From Nannocystis bainbridge (GTDB taxonomy: Bacteria; Myxococcota_A; Polyangia; Nannocystales; Nannocystaceae): a DNA stretch of 64,000 bases. The stretch lies in the NCBI RefSeq assembly GCF_028368995.1, contig NZ_JAQNDL010000001.1:2528001-2592000 (forward strand). Reading direction: 5' to 3'. The notes beneath the pieces are model-generated. The model ran no database searches. It worked only from the letters and a program-made list of their open reading frames with translations, and was not told the DNA's origin. The position numbers and the translations under genes are program-made. Of this stretch, positions 53,290 through 64,000 are shown one piece after another. Position 1 is the stretch's first letter, and the number at the start of each line of letters is the position of its first letter.

Positions 53290-53751
53290 TCAATCGGCGT
53301 GCTCGACCATGAACTCGAACGCCGCCGTGCACGGGAACTTCACCTTCGCCACGGCCGCCACCAGCGAGCACTGCGAGCCGTTGCAGACCACCCGCGCGTC
53401 GCGTCGCCCGCTGCCGACGGTCTCCGACGTGAAGCTGCCGACCTCGGTCGTCGTCACGTCGAGGGTCACGTCGGTCATGCTGATCTTCGCCCGCAGCAGG
53501 TGCTCCGGGCAGTCGAACTCCTTGCCCGACAGCTCGCACGCGAACACCCCCGTGGTGTTGTCCGCGAGGATGGTGAACGTGCCGCCGTTCTCGTTGGTGA
53601 GCACGAAGTCGCCGGACAGCATGTCGGTGATCGACCCGCAGCTCTCGTCGATCGTCTCGCCGGGGAGGAAGTTCCACCGCCCGTCGCGCGGCTCGAACTC
53701 GTTCCCGCAGCCGACCAGCAGCGACACCCCCAGAAACCACGCGCGCTTCAT
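53290..53751 (-). CDS. small Cys-containing lipoprotein
   Basis: MKRAWFLGVSLLVG-C lipobox. Confidence 0.72.
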   Translation of the reverse strand: MKRAWFLGVSLLVGCGNEFEPRDGRWNFLPGETIDESCGSITDMLSGDFVLTNENGGTFTILADNTTGVFACELSGKEFDCPEHLLRAKISMTDVTLDVTTTEVGSFTSETVGSGRRDARVVCNGSQCSLVAAVAKVKFPCTAAFEFMVEHAD

Positions 53752-53771
53752 GCCGCGCAGCCTAGCAGGCC

Positions 53772-54572
53772 TCAGCCCGGCTTGCGCATGAACACCAGGT
53801 ATTGGTACGGCAAAAGCTCGCGGTCGGTCCGCTCGTGGGTGAGCCCGAGCTTGGTCAGGTGCGCCGCCACCAGAGTGTCGTCGACCCGCATCGCCGCCGG
53901 CGGCCCCGGGGCGTCATCCGGCGCGTCTTTCTTGAAATCGACGACCACCAACAGCCCGCCGGGCTTCAGCGCCTCGCGGACCTTGCCGAAGAAGCGCGTC
54001 GGCTCGTCGATGTGATGATAGGTGTCGACCATCAGCGCCACGTCGAGGCCGGCAGGCAGCTTCGGATCGGCCACGTCGCCCTGGGCCGTGGTCACGTTGG
54101 CGAGCCCCTCCTTGGCCGCGCGCTCGCCGATCCATCGCACCATGCCGGGCTCGAGGTCGTTGGCGATCACACGCCCCTGGGGCACCGCCGCGGCCAGCCG
54201 CACCGTGAAGTAACCGGTGCCCGCGCCGAGGTCGGCCACCGTCATCGCCGGCGTCAACTGCAGCGCCGCGACCACCTCGTCCGGCTTCTGCCAGGCCGCG
54301 CGCTCGGGGCTGTCGAACTGGGCCGTCCACTCGGCCGGATCGGTGAAGCGATGGCCCTTGTGGTGCCCGCGCCCGCGGTGGTCGGAGTAGGCCTGCGCCT
54401 CCTCCTCGTGCTCCTGGGCGTGGAAGGCCCGCTCCTTGCTGGCCTCGTGGTCATGTCCCTCAGGACCTGCCTTCTCGGACATGTTCTTCGGGTCCTGTCC
54501 CGGGGACCCGGCGGGCGGCTTCCCGCACCCGACCAGGGCCCCGGCGATCGCGGCGATCACGGCGGTTCGCAT
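53772..54572 (-). CDS. class I SAM-dependent methyltransferase with lipoprotein signal
   Basis: MRTAVIAAIAGALVG-C; WQKPDEV; VADLGAGTGYF; DTYHHI; LKPGG. Confidence 0.85.
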   Translation of the reverse strand: MRTAVIAAIAGALVGCGKPPAGSPGQDPKNMSEKAGPEGHDHEASKERAFHAQEHEEEAQAYSDHRGRGHHKGHRFTDPAEWTAQFDSPERAAWQKPDEVVAALQLTPAMTVADLGAGTGYFTVRLAAAVPQGRVIANDLEPGMVRWIGERAAKEGLANVTTAQGDVADPKLPAGLDVALMVDTYHHIDEPTRFFGKVREALKPGGLLVVVDFKKDAPDDAPGPPAAMRVDDTLVAAHLTKLGLTHERTDRELLPYQYLVFMRKPG

Positions 54573-54586
54573 GCCCGACCATACCC

Positions 54587-55261
54587 TCAGCGCAGCAGCG
54601 CGGAAAGCCGGGCGCGCACCCCGGGCCACGGCGTCCACGCCGGGTCGGGCGGGTCGCCGCCGGCCAGGACGCCGAAGAAGCGCATGCCGCAGGTCTCGGC
54701 GAACTTCTGGTCGGCGAACGCCCGGTCGCCGACCATGACCATGCGCTCGCCCGCCAGCCCCATGCCCGCCAGGGTGCGCGCCGCCATCCGCGCCGCCGGC
54801 TTCATCGCCCCGTGCTCCTCGGTCACCAGCGAGAAGTGGAACAGCGACGGATCGATGCCGAGCGCGCGCAGACGGTCGTGAGCGCCGCGATAGTCGCTGA
54901 CGAGCCCGAGCCGCAGGCCGCCGGCGCGCAGCCGCAGCAGCAGCTCGGCCGCGCCGGGGTAGGCCCGCCCGGCCCGCTCGACGGCCCGCAGCACCTGCGG
55001 CTCGTAGCTGTCGGCGATCCACCGGCGCCAGACGTCCTGCTTGCCCGGGTCGCCCGCGAGCCGCTGCAACGTCTCGCGCGCCAGCGTCCCGGCGTCGTCG
55101 AAGTCGACCCCCGCGAGCCCTGTGCGCACCCGCGTGTACCGCCACAGCCGCGGCAGCGCCGGCAGCATGCGCGTCATCACGAACCGCTCGACCGGCCGCT
55201 TGTCGTAGAGCGTGCCGTCGAGGTCGAACACGACCCCGGCGATCGCACCGTCACTCGCCAT
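54587..55261 (-). CDS. HAD-family hydrolase
   Basis: FDLDGTL, LVSD, KP, MVGDRAFAD. Confidence 0.87.
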   Translation of the reverse strand: MASDGAIAGVVFDLDGTLYDKRPVERFVMTRMLPALPRLWRYTRVRTGLAGVDFDDAGTLARETLQRLAGDPGKQDVWRRWIADSYEPQVLRAVERAGRAYPGAAELLLRLRAGGLRLGLVSDYRGAHDRLRALGIDPSLFHFSLVTEEHGAMKPAARMAARTLAGMGLAGERMVMVGDRAFADQKFAETCGMRFFGVLAGGDPPDPAWTPWPGVRARLSALLR

Positions 55262-55285
55262 GATGCCCCCTCGCCCGCCCGCTCA

Positions 55286-55425
55286 TGCCCCCGAGGACCT
55301 GTCCTCCGGGACACCCTCTCGAGGAGACCGCGGCCGCTCGTCGTTCGCCGCAATCTGTCCCCGAGGACATGCTCTTACGCACCGGTCCTTTCGCGCAGGT
55401 CCCGAAGGACATGCCCTCTCGACCA
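55286..55425. repeat. Ten-slot in-phase 14-bp array with a degenerate middle
   Basis: good units at 55286, 55300, 55356, 55398, 55412; all starts congruent mod 14. Confidence 0.75.
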
Positions 55426-55438
55426 GCCGCGCCAGCCA

Positions 55439-56431
55439 TCAGAACACCTCGCGCACCAGCTGGAGCACGCGCCCGCCGCGGCTCGCGCGCGCCGGCGTGC
55501 GCGCGCCCGCGTCGGTGCCCGGCAGGTCGGCGATCAGGCGGTGCAGCCCCGGATCGTGGGCCTCGCCCTGCGGACGCAGCGCCCCGCGGACGAACGCCAG
55601 CAGCGCCGCGCCCGTCCACACGACCTTCTCGAGCGCCGGCACCACCGTGCGCCCGGCCAGCGCGTCGCCGCCGTGACGCCGCAGCCGCAGCCCGATCGCC
55701 CGGTACACCCGGCTGGCCACCACGATCGCCAGCCGCGTGCGCCACGGGATGAACCGCAGCCCCGCGTCGGCGCTGGCATAGTAGCGCTCGGCCAGCGCCA
55801 GCACGTCGAGCACCACCGAGGCCACCGCCTCGCGCCCGGCCGTCCCGTCCAGCAGCGCCGCCGGGCTGGTGCCGGCGAAATCGAGCCGCGTCTCCGGCAG
55901 GTACACCCGCCCGCGCCCGGCGTCCTCGGCGACGTCGCGGGCGATGTTGGTCAGCTGCATGGCGATCCCGAGGTCGAGCGCGAACGGCGTGGCCTGCGGA
56001 TCGCGGGCGCCGATCACCCCGCACATCATCAGCCCGACGGTCCCCGCGACCTGGTAGCAGTAGCGCAGCAGCGCCGCGTCGTCGGGCAGCGCCACCGGCC
56101 CGGCGTCGGCGCGCACGCCCGCGATCAGCTCGTGGGCCACGCGCAGCGGCACGCCCCAGCCGGCCAGCAGATCGCGGTAGCACGCGACGAGCGGCCGCGC
56201 CGGCGCGGCCCCCGAGAGCTCGGCCTCGATCGCCCCGACGTCCGCCAGCCCCTCGCCCGGCGCCTGCGCCTCGTCGACCACGTCGTCGACCAGCCGGCAG
56301 AACGCGTACACCACCGCCGCCTCGTCGAGCCGCTCCGCCGGCAGGAACCAGCCCGCCAGGTCGAACGTCCGCGCGTGCCGGGCCAGCGTCGCCCGGCTCT
56401 CGGCCACCACCCGCGCGCGGTCGTAGCTCAT
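55439..56431 (-). CDS. crtB: phytoene synthase
   Basis: YAFCRLVDDVVD, YCYQVAGTVG, LGIAMQLTNIARDVAEDA.RGRVYLP. Confidence 0.93.
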   Translation of the reverse strand: MSYDRARVVAESRATLARHARTFDLAGWFLPAERLDEAAVVYAFCRLVDDVVDEAQAPGEGLADVGAIEAELSGAAPARPLVACYRDLLAGWGVPLRVAHELIAGVRADAGPVALPDDAALLRYCYQVAGTVGLMMCGVIGARDPQATPFALDLGIAMQLTNIARDVAEDAGRGRVYLPETRLDFAGTSPAALLDGTAGREAVASVVLDVLALAERYYASADAGLRFIPWRTRLAIVVASRVYRAIGLRLRRHGGDALAGRTVVPALEKVVWTGAALLAFVRGALRPQGEAHDPGLHRLIADLPGTDAGARTPARASRGGRVLQLVREVF

Positions 56432-57954
56432 CGGCCCGCTCCTCGCATGTCTCTTGCGACATGTCCCTTGCGACCTGGCTCCGGCATCACCCGCTCGAGC
56501 ACCTTGGCCGAGCACAGCACCCCCGGCATGCCCGCCCCCGGGTGGGTCCCGGCGCCGACGAAATACAGCCCGCGCACGTCCTCGGAGGTGTTGTGATAGC
56601 GGAAGTAGGCCGACTGGGTCAGCCGCGGCTCAGGCCCGAACGCCGCCCCGCCGTACGACTGCAGCGTCGTCTCGAAGTAGCGCGGCGTCACGTGCTTGCG
56701 GGTGACGATGTGCTCGCGCAGGCCCGGCACGTGCTGCTCGGACAGGAAATCGACGATCTTGCCGAAGTAGTCCGCGCCGAGCCGGTCCCAGTCGAGCCCC
56801 TCGGCCTGGGTGTTCGGCACCGGCGAAAGCACGTAGAACGCCTCGCAGCCGGGCGGCGCGAGGTTGGGGTCGGTCCGCGTCGGCGCGTGCAGGTACAGCG
56901 AGAAGTCCTCGGCCAGGATCTTGCGCTCGAAGATGTCCTCGAGCAGCTCGCGGTAGCGCGGCCCGAGGATGATGGTGTGGTGCGCCAGCTCGGGCCAGGT
57001 GCGGTCGGTGCCGAAGTAGCCGACGAACAGCCCCATCGAAAGCTTCTTGCGCTTGACCAGGAAGTCGTTGTTCCACCGACGGTGCCGCGGGGCCACGAGC
57101 CGGGTGTAGACGGTCGCCGGGTCGGCGTTGCTGACGACCGCTCCGCAGGCGATCCGCTCGCCCGCCGCCGTGCGCACCGCCGTCGCCCGCCCGCCCTCGA
57201 CCTCGATCTCCGCCACCGACGCGCCGAGCCGCACCTCGACCCCGAGCTCGTCCAACAGGCGCACCATCGCCTTGACGATCGCCGTCGTCCCACCGAGCGC
57301 GAACTCGACGCCCCACTTGCGCTCGAGCCAGTGGATCAGCGCGTAGATCGCCGGCGCGCGGAACGGGTTGCCGCCGATCAGCAGCGGCTGGAACGTGAAC
57401 ACCTGCCGCAGCCGCTCGTCGGCGATCGACCGGCTGACCCACTCGTACATCGAGCGCCAGCAGCCGAGCCGGGCCAGGTCAGGCACGATCTTCAGCATGT
57501 CGCCGAAGCGATCGAAGGGCCGGTCGACCAGCTCGGTGTAGCCGATGTCGAAGATCTCGCGGGCCTGGGCGGCGAGCCGGCGATAGCCGTCGACGTCGCG
57601 CGGCGAGAATTGCTCGATCTGCGCCAGCAGCCGCGCCTCGTCGCCCACGTAGTCGAACGCCGAACCATCGGGGAACAGCACGCGATAGAACGGATCGACC
57701 GGGACGAATTGCACGTAGTCCCGCCGCTCGCGCCCGACCAGCGCGAACAGCTCGTCGAAGAGGTGACTCGCGGTGACCACCGTCGGCCCGGCGTCGAACG
57801 AGAACCCGTCCTGCTCGAACACCGCGGCGCGCCCGCCCGGCTGGTCCATCGCCTCGAGCACCAGGACCTCGTGGCCGCGGGCCCGCAGGCGGATCGCCGC
57901 CGCCAGCCCCCCGAGCCCCGAACCGATCACGATCACCCTGTCCTGCTCGCTCAT
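56428..57954 (-). CDS. crtI: phytoene desaturase
   Basis: VIGSGLGG, FDAGPTV, EDFSLYLHAP, LYFVGAGTHPGAGMPGVL. Confidence 0.94.
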   Translation of the reverse strand: MSEQDRVIVIGSGLGGLAAAIRLRARGHEVLVLEAMDQPGGRAAVFEQDGFSFDAGPTVVTASHLFDELFALVGRERRDYVQFVPVDPFYRVLFPDGSAFDYVGDEARLLAQIEQFSPRDVDGYRRLAAQAREIFDIGYTELVDRPFDRFGDMLKIVPDLARLGCWRSMYEWVSRSIADERLRQVFTFQPLLIGGNPFRAPAIYALIHWLERKWGVEFALGGTTAIVKAMVRLLDELGVEVRLGASVAEIEVEGGRATAVRTAAGERIACGAVVSNADPATVYTRLVAPRHRRWNNDFLVKRKKLSMGLFVGYFGTDRTWPELAHHTIILGPRYRELLEDIFERKILAEDFSLYLHAPTRTDPNLAPPGCEAFYVLSPVPNTQAEGLDWDRLGADYFGKIVDFLSEQHVPGLREHIVTRKHVTPRYFETTLQSYGGAAFGPEPRLTQSAYFRYHNTSEDVRGLYFVGAGTHPGAGMPGVLCSAKVLERVMPEPGRKGHVARDMRGAGR

Positions 57955-58022
57955 GCCGCTGCGCGAGTGTATCGCCGCAGGCCGCCGGAACACGCCCGCG
58001 GCACCCGTGGTATCCTCACTTC

Positions 58023-58604
58023 GTGACCGCCGCCACCTATGCCGACCTCGTCGCCCACCCCGACGACGTCAAGTCAGAGGTCCTCGGTGGCGAGCTCGTG
58101 ACCCAGCCGAGCGCGACCTTTGGTCACTGTTACGTGCGGAGCGGGCTCGGTCGACTGCTCGGCGGACCTTTCGACTTCGACGACGACGGTCCGGGAGGCT
58201 GGTACATCGTCACCACCGACCTCGACGTCCGCTTCACGGACCACGACATCGTCCGGGCCGACGGCATCGGCTGGCTCCGCCCTCGCCTCGACGGTCGGTA
58301 CGATTCGCTCCCGATCGACGTGGTCCCCGACTGGATCTGCGAGGTCCTATCCCCCTCCTCGACCAAGCGCGACCGCCTGCACAAATTTCAGCTCTACGCC
58401 CGCCACGGCGTCCCTCACTACTGGCTCGTCGATCCCGAGGCGCGCCTGCTCGAAGCCTATGCGCTCGTCGGCGGCGGGTGGAAGAGCATCGGCGTTTACG
58501 ACGAGACCGCCCGCGTCCGCATCGCCCCGTTCGAGGCTATCGAGCTGCCGGTCGGTCACCTCTTCCTGCCCGAGCCGGAAAACCCGGCACCCGCGGCGAC
58601 CTGA
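58023..58604 (+). CDS. Uma2 family (PD-(D/E)XK-like) endonuclease domain protein
   Basis: VPDWICEVLSPSS, DRLHKFQLYARHGVPHYWLVDP. Confidence 0.88.
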   Translation: MTAATYADLVAHPDDVKSEVLGGELVTQPSATFGHCYVRSGLGRLLGGPFDFDDDGPGGWYIVTTDLDVRFTDHDIVRADGIGWLRPRLDGRYDSLPIDVVPDWICEVLSPSSTKRDRLHKFQLYARHGVPHYWLVDPEARLLEAYALVGGGWKSIGVYDETARVRIAPFEAIELPVGHLFLPEPENPAPAAT

Positions 58605-58755
58605 CCGCTCGCACACGCAAGCGCTGCGCGTGGCTCTCGACCTGTCCCCGAGGACATCCGGCGAGTCACTCTCCCCGCGCCGGAAGATTCGGCACTCGCC
58701 GCGACCCTTCGCAAGCTCCGCCCACGCGTGTCCGCGAGGACATTGGTCGCGTGAC

Positions 58756-63432
<4,677 letters not shown>

Positions 63433-63507
63433 GGGCCCGCGAGTGTACGCGCCCGCCCGCCGCCGCGCACGCTCACCGCGGACGGTCCAGCCCGGTAGCT
63501 GCGGCTC

Positions 63508-64000
63508 TCACGGCGTGAGCACCCCGGTCATCGCCCGCGAGCGCCAGATGTCATGCGAATCGGCGTGGGCCTCGCTGATGCCGCGGCCGCGCTCCGCGGT
63601 GACCTGCACATAATAATGCCCGCCCGGCTCGAGGAACCCGTCGGGGATCGTCACCTCGGTGAACTCGGTGCGGATGCTGCCGAGCGAGCGGCGCAGGATC
63701 GGCCCGTCGATCCCCTCGATGTCGTCGATCGTCCGAATCGTGATCGTGTAGACATCGGGCGCCCCGAATTTCGGCGGCTTGAAGCTGATCGTCGGATTGA
63801 CGCCGACCCCCGCCAGCGAAGCATCGGGCGCCACCGCCGTGCCGTTGACCGCGAGGTCGCGGACCAGCCCGAGCTTCGGCACGATCGGCGCCTGCGTCAA
63901 TTCGTCGAGTCGGCCCTGCACGCTCAGGTCGGCCGCCACGTAGTCGTAGACCCCGCCGCCGCCCGGGTCCTTGACGAACACGTAGCGCGTGCACTGCACC
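63508..64000 (-). CDS. C-terminal part of a hypothetical protein (fibronectin-like tail), truncated by the window edge
   Basis: open frame to the window end; PTISFKPP..YTITI..VTIPDGFLEPGGHYYVQV. Confidence 0.6.
   Translation of the reverse strand, partial: VQCTRYVFVKDPGGGGVYDYVAADLSVQGRLDELTQAPIVPKLGLVRDLAVNGTAVAPDASLAGVGVNPTISFKPPKFGAPDVYTITIRTIDDIEGIDGPILRRSLGSIRTEFTEVTIPDGFLEPGGHYYVQVTAERGRGISEAHADSHDIWRSRAMTGVLTP

Overview
Very GC-rich (roughly 70-75% by eye) chromosomal window from a myxobacterium, inferred from myxobacterial Cys-rich DUF4215-type lipoproteins, a MYXO-CTERM-like sorting tail and a Ser/Thr kinase-TPR protein. It has about 52 credible CDSs. Housekeeping genes are prfC, glnS, rpsT, ridA, an lgt-like gene and an lhr-like helicase. 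Other recognisable genes include crtI-crtB, a P450, a PrkA-type AAA kinase and several tandem lipoprotein paralogue sets. I saw no rRNA, tRNA, CRISPR or IS element. The main unexplained signal is a highly iterated 14-bp palindrome, TGTC-N6-GACA (relaxed TGYC-YYNNRR-RRCA). It occurs as about 35 perfect copies (manual count) and as gap-free head-to-tail arrays of 2-7 units with exact 14-bp phase. Arrays lie mostly just after stop codons or between convergent genes. Others lie inside reading frames, where they force rare codons, overwrite conserved positions and give unrelated proteins the same peptide signature. This suggests an undescribed genome-wide DNA-binding or DNA-rewriting system. A second candidate is a translationally coupled trypsin-protease / membrane protein / stand-alone TIR module that resembles an anti-phage signalling cassette.
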